From contig NC_058369.1 of assembly GCF_018350175.1 (NCBI RefSeq), positions 5,892,001 through 5,952,000 of the forward strand: a DNA stretch of 60,000 nucleotides, read 5' to 3'. This document shows positions 14,611-27,810 of the stretch, piece after piece (within the stretch, counting starts at the first letter, position 1; each line of letters opens with the position of its first letter). Below the pieces are notes generated by a model that had not been told where the DNA came from, searched no databases, and saw only the letters and a list, made by a program, of their open reading frames with translations. Position numbers and translations under genes: made by a program. The stretch comes from Felis catus (taxonomy: Eukaryota).

Positions 14611-16574
14611 TGACCCAGAGTCCCTACTTTTCACTGGCCCGAAGCCACAGGTAGCTGCTTCTGAGGAGCTGTTCTCGTCTCCATGATTTGGATGTCCCCC
14701 TCGGGTAGCCCATTCAAAGCTCAGAGAGCTCAAGGCAGTAAATTCCCCTCACTGACCAGCCTGGCCACTCCGCCAGCCCCTGTCAGGTCACCTCAACCCA
14801 GGACATTAGCAGCCTGGGCTCTGGACCTTGCACGAGGCCATCAGACACAGCCGAGCGGAGGCCCCTCAGCTGCCCCCGGGAGAGCCCCGCGCAGGAGGCT
14901 GGTGCCAGTCCTGACCGTGCAGCCTGCCCACCCCACTGGCCTGGGCACTGGGGTCAGGACATCCGCTGTCAAGCCCCGTGCCTGTCTCTGGGGAGAGGTG
15001 AGCTTGGGCCACACCTGCTGTAGGACTCCTCTGTTCTGCCCCAACCAGGAGTGGGAATCTGTTGACAAACCGCTCATGGAGCTCAGAGAGGCCATTAGAA
15101 TGATCTGCGTTTGATGTTCATGTTCTTCCATGTCCCCGCCCCCCTTGGCTGTGATGTGAAAACAAACACTGGGTAGTTTGGTCCCAAGGAGTCATAACTG
15201 TGAGGTGACTCCCTTCCAAGAGGCCAGCGGCGCCCCTAGGAGGCTGCAAAGCAGATCCCAGAGAGCAGGTGGGCTGGGCCCTCCTGGCCTGTGACAGATG
15301 GGGGTAGAGACACGCACACATCGTCCTTGTCCCTCCGAGCTGTGTGCTTTGGGGTGGGCAGCCTCACTACTCACCCTCCCTTCTCCACCCCTCCTCTGGA
15401 AGCTCAGCTCCGCATCTGCTGGCCCTGCTGCCCAGGCTGCAGTCCTGAGGCATAAGCAGCTCGAGTCCCCGGAGGCCTGAGCGGAAGGGGAGCCTTCTGG
15501 AGTGTGGTCCACAGGTGCAGCTCTCCGGGTAGCCCCGTGCCTAGTGCAGATGCCCACTCTGACACCAGGCTCTGCCGGAGGGACAAGGACCACACCGCGG
15601 CCTCTGTTCTGCAGCTGTGCTCTGGGGCGGGGAGAGGGGTGAGGGCGAGGATCCCGTTTACTTGGTGTCAACCCCTTTGGTCCACACCAGGACAGTTTCC
15701 TGGGGTCCTTGAAGCCCCCCGTACTCACCTTCAAGTGCCAATTGAGAAGGAACAATGCAGTGGGCTGGTCAGTGTATGTGTTTGTCCTCAGCCCCATCTG
15801 CATAGGAGCACCTGTGTGGGCTGCCTGGGGACCTGGATGGTATGACCACGCTGGGCCACATTCTGTTTCCATCGCCCTCCTTTTCTACGTGTCATACATA
15901 CCGCTTTGCCTCTACTTGTCTCTGTCCAGCCCAGCATGACTGAGTGGAGCTGGTTGTCTCCGGGAACACCCCCACCCCGGACATCTAGCTTTCCCCAGTG
16001 GCTCTCACCACCCTGAGGGAGGTCACTTATGCAGACAGTTCCCCTCAGCCATTTGTGGGGCATTTGGTCTCCTTTCCCTCTGTAGGGCTGGTGTCTCTTA
16101 GACACCAGGATTGCCCCCCGGGCTCAGCCATGAACTCAGAGTGGCGTCCATGGGCGCTTCATGCTCTCTCAGGCGTCCCACCAGCCTCTGCTGAACAGCA
16201 GAGGGACTGTCTTCAGAATCTTTGTGAGGGCCAGAAGGAGGGGAGATGTGAGGGAGTCCCTGGGGCTCCCTGTCCAGGCCTGGGGTGTTGAATTGGGGAG
16301 TTAGAACGGTGGACCCCCAGGACTGTGGACTTCCATTCTGTCCTCTGCTCCAGAGGGGGCCACCAGCGGGGCTTCTCTGCTGGGACCCAAGGAGTCCCAG
16401 GGGACGAGGGCAGAGACTAGCAATGCTGGCGGGTGTGCGGGTCCAGTTTGCTTCCATATGATGTGCCTTGTAGCATTAAAGGGATGGGGCATCGCTCTTG
16501 GAAAAACTTAACGGCTGACAGAACTTAATTTTTAAATTTTGTTTTCTTACCTGTTTTAATTGTGAACCTTCTAG

Positions 16575-17005
16575 GTTACTCATCTGGAGATCATGCCATT
16601 GATTGACCTCTACTCTTGATTCTAAAAACAGTAGAGGGGAAAAAAACACCACCACAGGCCCCCTTCAAAGGGTGTCTACTCATCAGATCATTTAGTGAAC
16701 ATGTTCTCCCTCACGCTGACATTTTCTCTCTTGGGTTGTCTTCGTTTCACTTGGGCGGTTTCCATTTGAAAGTCATTTTACAAAACCAAACAGGGAAACC
16801 ACACGGCACACACACTTTTCCTCTGTTCCATCTCAAGGTCCTTATCACTAGGATGGAACCTTCTCCCCGAGGGCAGCTTCCTGCCAGAGCCAGCCAGAGA
16901 CAGCTGTCAGTGTTTTGCCTGAAGTTAAATACCCGTTCAGGCGTCTGTCTGTCAAAGGTGCCATTCATGCTGTTCAAGAGTAAATAAAAACAGTGTGTGT
17001 TGAGT
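16575..17005 (+). other. ELAVL1: Candidate alternative terminal exon of ELAVL1 in intron 4 (coding 16575-16606)
   Basis: U-rich acceptor ...ttttaattgtgaaccttctag|, in frame with exon 4 to give (G)YSSGDHAID*, AATAAA 16983-16988, GU-rich downstream element. Confidence 0.65.
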
Positions 17006-18910
17006 GTGTGTTTTTAGGTGTTCCTTCTGAACTGAAACTGAAAATGAGTTGAGGCTCTAGAATTTTCTTGGCACACGTGTGAATTGTCAGGTTGGATCTC
17101 ATGAATTCAATGAGTGTCTTTGGTGAATTTTAAATTTATATATATTTAAACGATCGTGGAGCCCAGATGGAGGCAGCCTTGAAGCCACTGGGGGCAGCTG
17201 TGTGCCCTCCCAGGGCACTGTACTGGGGGGAGACCAGGAGGGGCAGGTTCCCAGTTGGGTGAGCTGGGATACGTGCTTTTGGACTCACCATGGAGTGTCC
17301 ACTGTGTGTTACAGTTGTAGACCGAGATTCCTTGGCCCGAGGCTCCCTGACTGCTGTCTACTTGCTTGAATGGGGCCCAGGCCCAGGCATGGGATTCTAG
17401 GTGCCCAGTGGGCGGCCATGCCTCTCACCGTGACACTGGTCACTTCAGCATCCCACCTGGCATGCCTGAGCCTCTCTGTGCCCCTCTGCGGCCCTTGGGC
17501 CAGCTGGGGAGACCCACATCCTGTGCCCATCATGGGGCACTTGGTGGGACTCTGGGAAGGGGTAAAGAAAGGTGTGGGAGATGAAGCTGCTTGGGGGGGG
17601 GGGGGCATCTGGTGTGCTCACTTAGCTGGTGACCCCCCAGATCCTGGGCTGTCCTGCTTTGGTAATTGTCATGCACTGGGAGCTGAAGGCCTTTGTCTAG
17701 AGAAGGAAACGTGACCCCAGGCAGGCTATAACTGGCAGTCCGGATGAGAATGTGCAGGATAGGGCTGTCTGCTACAGTCCCCCCACCAGGGCACATCCAG
17801 GACTTGCCCTCGACTGTCACCTCTCCACTGCATTTTGATCTTCCCACCTGACCCCTGTTCTCCCCAGGAGAAGGAGCCAGGCCTCTTCCCCAGCCCCACC
17901 CTGTTCGTCTAGTTCTGCAGGGGACAGTTGTCATCGTTCCTCCCAGGCCTAGAACATGGATGGATTAGGGTGGAGGATGGCCAAACCCCTCTTCTGCCCG
18001 GTTTGTGCGGGTCTCGAACCCATGCTGGGCTGGCCAGACCTTCAGCAGGGCCTTGGATCTCAGGCAGCCTGGTCCCGGTCCACATTCTTGCTCTGTCGAG
18101 GGATTGGGTTACAGCAGGGACCCAGGGCTTGACTGCAGGTGGCTCAGTCTATGAGGCAGCTGGACACCACGGCAGGGGGCCCGGCCCTTCCCACTCAGGA
18201 ACAAGGACAGGTTTGGTGTGGGCCCCAGGCAGGGAGTCTTAACCTGCGGGGAGTCTGCGGGCAGGTGGCAGCACCACTGTGTGCACCTGAGCAGTTTTCT
18301 GGGGGAGAGCGAGGGGCTTCACTGGATTCTAGGCAGTCCTAGGACATTAACAGTGGAACATCCCAAAGGTGAGTGAGGTGAGGGCAGGAGGAGGAGAGGG
18401 CTGTGGGCCGAGGCTTGTTCACTGGACTCTGTCCCCTCTGGGGATGGTAAAGGCTGAGTGAGCAGGGACTCTGTCAGGCCGACCTGGCTGGGCTACACGA
18501 GCCACCGTCACTCCTTGTTCACAGGGCAGGCCGTGGGGCCCCGGAGCACAGGGAGAACCCTGCAGACCCTACCTGGTGGGCGCTGAGAGCGATGGAGGGT
18601 GTCCTCTCCTCCAGCATGTTTTTTTTTGTAAGAGGCTGGGGTGTCTGTCTGGGACATCTGTCACCAGAATGTCTGTTGGCACTGAGGCTGTGTAGTTGCT
18701 GCTTCAACTCAGAAGGACGTCTGAAAGCTTAATCTTGCTGGTCATTGTTTTTTTTTTTTTAAGTTCATTCGTTCATTTCCATGTTTAGGCTTCATTTTTG
18801 TTTGCCTCGTTACCTGATTTGAAACCATAGCTGACTGACTTCGCTTTTGCTTTTCAGTTTTAAAACTCCTTGTATTTTCTCCCCTAACTCCTTTTTTGTT
18901 GGTTTGTTAA

Positions 18911-19321
<411 letters not shown>

Positions 19322-21704
19322 TGAAGCGGAATCCACAAGGTGGTTCCGTCTCCGCCCCCCCCCCCCACCCCGGGGGCAGAGTACATAGCGCCCCAGGGCC
19401 CGGTCCGGTGTTCAGTGGCCGGAGCTCGGGGCCATGAGTGTAGCAGCCAGAAGATGCAGCCTCGGGTGTGCGTAGGGGAGAGCTGCCCTCCTCCTCGGCG
19501 CGCAGCCCCTGCTCCCAGCCCTCAGGTAGCCCTCTCACTCACCTACCTGGGCGCTCACCTGCATCTCTAAATATCACACGGCTTCTGTTTTAAAAGCCCT
19601 GTCCTGGAGGCCAGAGGTTTTCTGACATTCCCTCGTCTTTCTAGACTGAAAATGACTCCAGTTGCCAGGCTCTAGGAGAACAGAGACGATGAGGGTCAGG
19701 AACTTGGGCTCCAAAATCGGGCGTGTTCCGCCTCACAAGCAGTGGCAGTCCCGATTTCCAGGCCACTTGGTTTTTGTTTTTGTCAAAACCTCCATCAGTG
19801 GCGTGAGGCATGTTAGGGATCTTTATCTCTGCGACTTTGCAGGTTTCCCATCTCTGTCTTGGAGAGATTGGGCAAAATCCTGCACAGAGGCCCCCTGGGG
19901 AGGCACTGTCTTCAGCGTCTAGCAACGCAGAGTTCTCAACTCGGCTCAGGTTCCAAAGCTAGCCTTCCCTCATTGGCTTTTCTAGTTTAAAGACAGAGAC
20001 CAAGGAAGCGTCTTGGGATGGAAGTGAGGTAAATCCATGTTTGAAGGCCAGCTGACATAGTCTGTGTCACTGCTGGTCAGGCGGGACGTGTGGATGGCAG
20101 CGTCCAGCAGGTTCCCAGTAACCAGACTGGACGAGCAGGGAAGAGGGTACGGGAGGAGGGGGGACTTTGGTCACAGGAAGGAGGAACAGAAAAGAAAGGG
20201 GACCAGAGCAGCCAACACTGCTGGCCAGGCAGGAAAGGGGTCTTGACAATTAGAGGCTCACCGCGAGGAGAGACGGAGGGAAGCAAGGATGGCAGGAAAG
20301 GTGTGAGGAAAGACTGGCCACCGGAAGGTGGACTAAGATGAAAGCAAGAGGGAGAGAGGCCCAGCCGAGGGGAGAGTGTGCAGTCTGCATCTCACAGCAG
20401 GAAAGACCCCCCCCCCCCAAATACTCAAGAAGGGCTCAGGTCTCCTTTGTACATCAGAGAAAAGAATGGGAGGTAGGTTTCACTGCAGCCAGGATGAAAG
20501 AAATCAGCTCCAGTTAGCAGGGGAGAAACCAACTAACAATAATTAATAGGAATGAGAATCACGTCAATAGAAAATAGTAAGGTAAGACTTCAGGTTATTT
20601 TCAGTATAACAGGTACATGACGATTCGGGTTAGCTAGTTTAACTCGGACCCACATTTGGTTTCCCACAAAACTGGAGGCGGGGACAGGTCCGTTAAAGTC
20701 AGAACGTCTTTCCAGTTTTTATTGAAAACCAGCTTGGCTTAATGTCACACAGATACAAGGGTGCCTTTACCCACCCCCTTCAGTGCCACTGTGGTCCCTG
20801 TTGAGTCGAGATCACTAACAAGCCACTGGAGTCATTGAACCAACTCCGACCTCCTGATGCAAGCTGTTTAAAATTCCTCCCGTACATTCAAAGCCATGGC
20901 CAGTGATGTGTCTTGATTCTTCCATACCTGCCTTGAAGAGATCCCCTGAATAAGTGGGCTGCACCTGGGGAGCTGGTCGGTCCGTCTTGTTGTTATGTCC
21001 GTCAAAAGAATGAATCTGTTGATGGCCCTTGAAAGCACCTACTTACCCCTGGGTCAGCCCCACAGCGCGAAGCCTGGTTTTATTTTAGAGCAGGTCATGT
21101 TTCTTGTTTCTTGCACGGTGCAGCCCCCCAGACGCTCTGTCACGCTTGGGTAGTCTTAAGCCGATCCTAAGGCCATTACTTTTTAGTTTCCGAAGCCTTT
21201 CAGAGGGCTGTGTGGCTTCAGTAACGATTTTGTCTTCTCCCTTAGTCCTACTGCAGTGGCCACACATTTGTAGAAGGCTTATTTTTTATGCAGCTGGAAG
21301 CGTTGCTTTGGAAAGAGGCCCACACTTTTGGTACAGCTTGGCAGACCTGCAGGCCGCAGGCATTGCTTCTGGGATGCCATGAGCCAGCAGCGGAAGGTCG
21401 CCTGGAGCTGTGGGAAGGAATTCCCTGTGCCCTGCGGTGGCCCTTCAAGGGGTGTGCTCACCTGGGACCCTCCAGCAGGGGCAGCCAAGATGAGGGCAAG
21501 ATAGAAAATTTGGAGAAAGAAAAGGAAAAAGATCCTGCCCCCCACTCCCTGATGTACACACATATGGAGGCATAGAGTATGAGGATCGAGCTTCCTCCAG
21601 GGAAGTCCGAGGGTGGAACAACACCCGAGAGGACGCGGAGAAGCTTCTGTCATTCATCTAGGGAAGCCTGGGACTCCCCCCACCCCCACCCCCACCCCCA
21701 GTGA

Positions 21705-22229
<525 letters not shown>

Positions 22230-22460
22230 CTCGCTCATGCTTTTTTTTTGTACGGAATAGATAATTAAGAGTGAAGAAGTTGAAACTTTTTTGTTAGTGT
22301 ACAACTCATTTTGCGCCAATTTTCACAAGTGTTTGTCCTAGTCTAAATGAGAAGTGAAGAGGTTTTTATACTCGGGGATGCAACCGACATGTTCAAATGT
22401 TTGAAATCCCACAATGTTAGACCAATTTAAGTTTCTTAAGTTATTTCCTTTAAAATATAT

Positions 22461-22466
22461 ATTAAA
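22461..22466 (+). terminator. ELAVL1: Proximal poly(A) signal ATTAAA (candidate short isoform)
   Basis: ATTAAA about 230 nt after the stop, in AT-rich context. Confidence 0.55.
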
Positions 22467-23483
22467 CAGAAATCTAAGTAGACTGCATTGACTCACCAGT
22501 CCCTCGGGACGGTGGTGAACCTGAAGCATGCTTTACCCTCTAAGACTGTCTAACACTCATTTCATTCGGTGTCTCCACAAACTGGATTTAAAAAAAAAAC
22601 AAAAACAAAAACAAAAAAAAACAGAAAAAGGAAAAAACAAAAAACAAAAAAAAAAAAGACCTGACCTTTTAGTTCTAGTTTCCAGACTAAAGATGTTAGA
22701 CAGATGCTGAGTGTGTGCTTTCCTCAGCCGCTTCACCATTTTTAAGCGATTTCTGCTTTTGGTTGACGGGAAATTGCTTTCCCGAGCAGATGCCATTGCC
22801 ACCTCCTGCTCCCTCAGCCCCGGGCCCTGCAGGGGTGCCCGCCGGGGGGGGGGGGGGCCGCCGCTGGGGAAGGGGGGCCGCACGTTGGGCCCTCCACGGA
22901 AGGACTCGAACAGGTCTCCTAAAGCCCAGGCGCCAGTGGGAACGGACCAAAGAGTTTCCGGGAAACTCCAGTATATTCCCCAGTCAGACCTAGCTCCCGG
23001 CACGCCCGAGGATGTGTTGCTACCCTGACATCCCGCATTTCTGTCCACACACGGCATGCACGGTGCCCCGCACATCGGACACCGGCGTTCCCCATCGTTT
23101 CGCCAGTCCCTCAGAGCATTTCACACGGCGCAGGTGCGGAAGACCGCTCCATATTTTACGACCCCAGAAACATTTGAGCATTGTATTTCTCGCATCCCTT
23201 CTCGTGAGCGCTAGACTTTGTTTTGTTTTGTTTTGTTTTCTATTTTAGTCGGATTTTGTTTTGAAACTTTGCTTTCGTATGAACACTCAGCAGAAAAGTA
23301 CTTACTTCTTGCCAGTTATCTATTAACAACAACGAGAGAAATACCCCTTTGATTTGTAGTTTTAAAGATTAACCCTCCCAAGTTCTCTTCATAACTGCCT
23401 TGACATTTTGGGTTGTTCTGTTCTGTTAATTTTCTTTTGCTTTTTTGTGTTTTTTGTTTGTTTTTACTTTTGCATTTAAGACC

Positions 23484-23548
23484 ATTAAATTTGATTTTGT
23501 TTTGCTCGAATTTTGTTTTGTTTTTTATTTTACCTTTTCTTTCTTTTT
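23484..23548 (+). terminator. ELAVL1: Major poly(A) signal ATTAAA with adjoining GU/U-rich element (HuR autoregulatory site)
   Basis: ATTAAA 23484-23489 flanked by long U/GU-rich tracts (ttgattttgttttgctcgaattttgttttgttttttatttt); fits the described HuR-bound GU-rich element at the major PAS. Confidence 0.75.
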
Positions 23549-23903
23549 GGCTAGGTAAGGTACAGATGGCCAGCATTCAGGGAGGATTTATAAGTCCTTA
23601 AGAAACAAAAACTTGCCTGGAGACCAAGCATTTGCACATCTGTGACGCAGGAGTGCACAGTCACAGATGGCACGTAGTTTTAAAACGGGGGAGCCGGTAG
23701 GGAGAGGCAGAGAGTGAGCCTGAGAAGGGGCAGGGCCAGATCTCCAGGCACCTCCGGAGTGTGAGCTGACTTCCATAACTGTCTGGTGTTTAGAGAGGAC
23801 CAGAAACAGGGGAACTCAGTACCAGCAGTTTTTAGTCTCTACAAAAGGCTAAAAACGGGTACCAGTGGGCAGTTTTCGTTGATCGGTGTCATGGAATTGC
23901 GGC

Positions 23904-23978
23904 ATTATCTATTTATCTACCTGCCTACCTACCTATTTATTTATTTATGTATGTATGTATTTATTTATTTATTTATTA
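23904..23978 (+). promoter_or_regulatory. ELAVL1: AU-rich element (overlapping ATTTA pentamers), long isoform only
   Basis: tatttatttatttatgtatgtatgtatttatttatttatttattaa, located downstream of the major PAS. Confidence 0.85.
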
Positions 23979-24630
23979 AGTGGAAAAAATTGGGCACAGC
24001 CTTCTCCAGAGCAGGTCAGTGTTCTGAGAAGCCCCCGGACAGTTTGAGGCTCCCCGTTTCCCTCAGACTCCGTTGAGGGCCTGCCGACCGCTTGCATCGT
24101 CCTCCCCAACTTGAGATGTTGCCGTGTTCTCTTCCCACAGAAGGGCCAAGTGCATACCTTGAGGCCTTCTCATGAGCTGGCCACGTGCCACGGAGGACCT
24201 CCCCCTGCCCCATCTCACCCCCAGCAGAAGTTTCCAGACCCTGAGTCAAAGCCAGCTTACGTGCCCCCTTCTGGAACCCAGAACCGAGGCCCGTTTGTCT
24301 GGATTTGACACAGAGTGGGTCCCCACTCTGTCCACCCCAGCGCGCCCTTCACCACAGACCGGGATGTTTTCCTGGAAGAATATGCCTTTCAGGTTGCGCT
24401 AGCCTTGGGCCAAGCATCTTCTCTGCGAAGGTGAGATTCCCAATTCCGAAAGTGACCCTTCGGTCTCTTCCTTGACACACATTCCTGCCTGCCCTCACTA
24501 GTGTTGGATTTCTTACTCAGATTCCCGTCGGAAGCGTAAACTGTGAAAGACAGTAGGCTCGAAGCCAGCACTGGCATTTCCCTCCCCTCCCTGCTATCTG
24601 GACCATATCGATTATTCTGATATTGGCACT

Positions 24631-24696
24631 GAGGAGGAGGAGGAGGAGGAGGAGGAGGAGGAGGAGGAGGAGGAGGAGGAGGAGGTGGTGGTGGAG
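24631..24696 (+). repeat. (GAG)18(GTG)3 trinucleotide repeat in the 3' UTR
   Basis: Read directly from the sequence. Confidence 0.95.
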
Positions 24697-26560
24697 GAAA
24701 TGAGCCTTTGAAAGCGGCCCAAGGGGTAAAATTGTCCTTTTACGTGGTCTCTACTCTTTAAACGGCCTTCTAGCTAAAACCCCAGTGCATTTCTTTGGGA
24801 GTGTTACTTTGCAAGTTGTGTGGAAGGATTTCACTTTTGACATGTGACTTAACCCTGAAAAGCAATTGCCACTCCATCGAGGTACCAGATGTTGGCCCTG
24901 TGTCCGAAAAGTCCCATCAGATCTTCCTCAGGCTTGTTTGCAAAAGGAAGATCCCATTTTTTTAAAAGTCAGGATCCAAAAGCAACTGTTTTTTAAAAAA
25001 ATTTTTTACATAGATCTATCACATTTGTATTTCGCAAAATGAGTGCTCTCCTTTTATTTGGGAATTTTGATGAAAAAGAATAAAGAGTAGATGATGTTAA
25101 TTTATCGAAAGTTTGGTTGGGTACACAAACACCAAAGAGGCTTTGATAGAATTTTCTTTTGGCCTGCGTAACTTCCCCTGATAGTTGTTTGCTGAGAAGC
25201 TCCCAGATTTGTGAACCTGGTTCCAGTTGAATTATTCATTTTTTACGCTCTGGCTCTGCCCTTCTTTAGTTTTTCATTGTAATATGCCAAGCTGTGGTTT
25301 TCTACGCTGGCTGTGCCTCTAGTCGCACGCCCTGTGACTGGGTTCCCCTTCCCCTTCCCCGCCCCCTGCCCCCCCCCCCCCCCCGACTGCCACCATCTTG
25401 CCAGAATAGCTGCAAGACGGGCTTTCTTGGCCTGTGGGCAGATGGTGCTGTGTGGGCTCCACCTTCTTTGTTCCCCGAAGGTGAGTCTTTTCCCTTTGCC
25501 AAGGGCAGCTGCCTTAACCTTTGAGAGTCTGCGCTTGGCGTTAGTGCTGGAAACCCAGCGCGCAGGGTCTGGACCGTGCTGCTGTAGGGAGCTCTCTGAG
25601 CTGGCAGCCGGGCAGGGGGCGGTCCCTGCTGGATCAGACAAGTCGACGAACCTGAAGACAGTTCCTGGCAATAACTTGTCCTGGTTTGCTCCCACACTAG
25701 GACTGTTGACCGACCCCCAAGTCTGCTGTCGGACTTGAAAATCAAAGTTAACGTCACCTAGCTGTTGTGTTTTCACATCTGATCCAGCCTGGCTTTATTC
25801 TCTGTGCTTTTTGCAGCCTCCCTGGGTTGGATGAGAGAAAGAATAAGCTGCCAAAGGTCTATTTTCCCCAGCCCTACCCCTGAAATCCTTCCCGCCTTCC
25901 CAGGACCTCTGGCACCTCTGGGACCTGAGGCAGCTCCTCAGGAAACACCTCCCGCTGCCCGTCAGATTCCCAGGCCCGGCCCCCAACTCGAGTCCCAAGT
26001 GCTTGCCGTTGAGTGGCATTGATAACTGACCCTCGCTTGCAATAGCCGTAGATAGACCCTGAACCCCGGACACCCGCCCTCCCCGCCACAGCCCCCCTGT
26101 AAGGTTCACATCTCCCAACCTTTTCATTTGCCTCTGACTTCTAATGATTGTATCGCATATTTTCCCACAGCCTTTTGGGGACATAGTTTTTCGTTTCCCG
26201 CTTGGTCATTACAAACAAACAAACAAAAAACCCAACAAGTTACTTGTAGGGCACCGCAGGGACCCAAGTTAGGCTCACGGATGGTTCGAGCAGCGGCTTT
26301 GCGAGGATTGTGTTGCATTCCGCCAGGAGACCAGGCTCGTCCGCTGGGCGGGGCCGCCTCTTTACCATGTAACGTTGCGTTTACAGTGACTTGCTCTGGG
26401 GGGCGGGGCGCTTGACCAGCTGGCTCCCGTGTTGTGCAGTAGACGGGCAGACGTTTTGTATATTAGCGTGTTTTAAGTTATTGATTTGTTTTATATGAAA
26501 TAATTTATTTTTCAGGTACCATCTTTCCTTTTAACTTTGTTTTTACATGGGTTTGTTTTC

Positions 26561-27197
26561 AATAAAGTATGACACTGCTGTCCAAAAGCCACCAATAAAA
26601 CGAATCCCCTTGTGTTCTTTTGAGGAATGTTTATGTAACTAGCTCTTTTTTTTATTATTTTCAGGGAAAAACAAAAAACAAAAACAAAAACAAAGCCCTT
26701 CTCAGTTCTCCCTCTCCCCATTTGCCTTTTTATCCTTGTGAATAAATGTTCTTTAGTGTTCTAGGAGGAAAAAGCAAACCTAGATTTTGATAATCCAGAA
26801 GATTTCAGCTTAATAAGGAAGCTTTGAAAGAAGACCGTTTTTCAAAATTTTAGTGAAGTGTGACTATTTTCTGTCAACCGCTTTCTCGAAGAGAGTGACA
26901 CTTTTGCACCATTTTCAGAGTTTTTATAGAGATGCCAAATTGATATATTTACATGTAATGGAAACATGAAAACGTTTTATTAAACAATTGTTCATAGCTG
27001 TGTAGACATTTTAATTCAGCTTCCAAAGCTCTCAAAGCGTATTTTTTGGAGTACGGAGCGATAATCGGGTTGGGGTGTTGCTTACGCTTCCCAGTGACTC
27101 GACTGTCCGAATACTTCGACCTTTCCGCAGGGATCAGGTTCGTGTTAAACGCTGTATGTTAACCATGACTGGAATTCTGTGCTATTTTGGTAATAAA
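26561..27197 (+). terminator. ELAVL1: Distal poly(A) signal cluster
   Basis: AATAAA at 26561, 26594, 26741 and 27192; ATTAAA at 26979; a further AATAAA lies at 25079. Confidence 0.75.
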
Positions 27198-27679
27198 CGA
27201 AGTGGGCTCGTTGAGACGTGGTGGTGTGGGGGTGATGGTGTGTGATCGTTAGCGGCCAAGCTGAGCGAGGCGCCGGCCGGGGCTGCAGGTGACTTCCTCC
27301 CGCCTAGGTGAGCGAGGGCGGCCTCCTGCCAGGCTGTCCCCTGTGTGCCAGGCCACAGAACCCTGGGACAGCCCCGCCCCCGGGGGGGGGGGGGAGAGGG
27401 GAAGGCCCCGGACTGTGTGACCGGCTTTCCCCCACCACCCGCTGCCTCTGCCCGGGTGTGCCCCTTCCCTGGACGCACTCACCAGCCAGCCCCCTCCCCT
27501 GCGAGACCCGGGGCCTCTCTTCTCCAGCGCTTCTCTCAAAGGTTTGTGGGCCTCCTTGTGTTGTCCCTGGGCGTTGCCTGTCCATCCCTTCCCCGTGGCC
27601 CTGTGGCCATTCTGACACTAATCTCCTTTGGTGATGGGAGAGTGACTTTTAACTCCCCTGGAGGCACAGCAGAGCTCGA

Positions 27680-27810
27680 GGGCCTTAGGGTCAGAGTCTG
27701 CAGTCTGAATCCCGGTTCTGCCCACTCCCTGGTGTGCAGTGCGGACAAGCCACCGACTCTCTGGGTCTCCGTTGCCCCCTCTGTGAAATGGGGTCCGTAA
27801 CGCCCACCCA
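27680..27810 (+). mobile_element. MIR
   Basis: ctgaatcccggttctgcccact...ggacaagccaccgactctctgggtctccgtt...ctgtgaaatgggg. Confidence 0.65.

Larger units (their letters stand above)
22230..27220 (+). other. ELAVL1: ELAVL1 long 3' UTR (~5 kb) with alternative polyadenylation
   Basis: U-rich sequence without recognisable repeats after the stop, ending at AATAAA 27192-27197 followed by a GU-rich element (gtggtggtgtggggg); HuR is known to have short, medium and ~6 kb mRNA isoforms. Exact 3' end is estimated. Confidence 0.85.

Noticed and set aside
22590..22657. A-rich tract as a retrocopy or SINE poly(A) tail
   Set aside because: No upstream SINE or retrogene body and no TSD; treated as low-complexity UTR sequence
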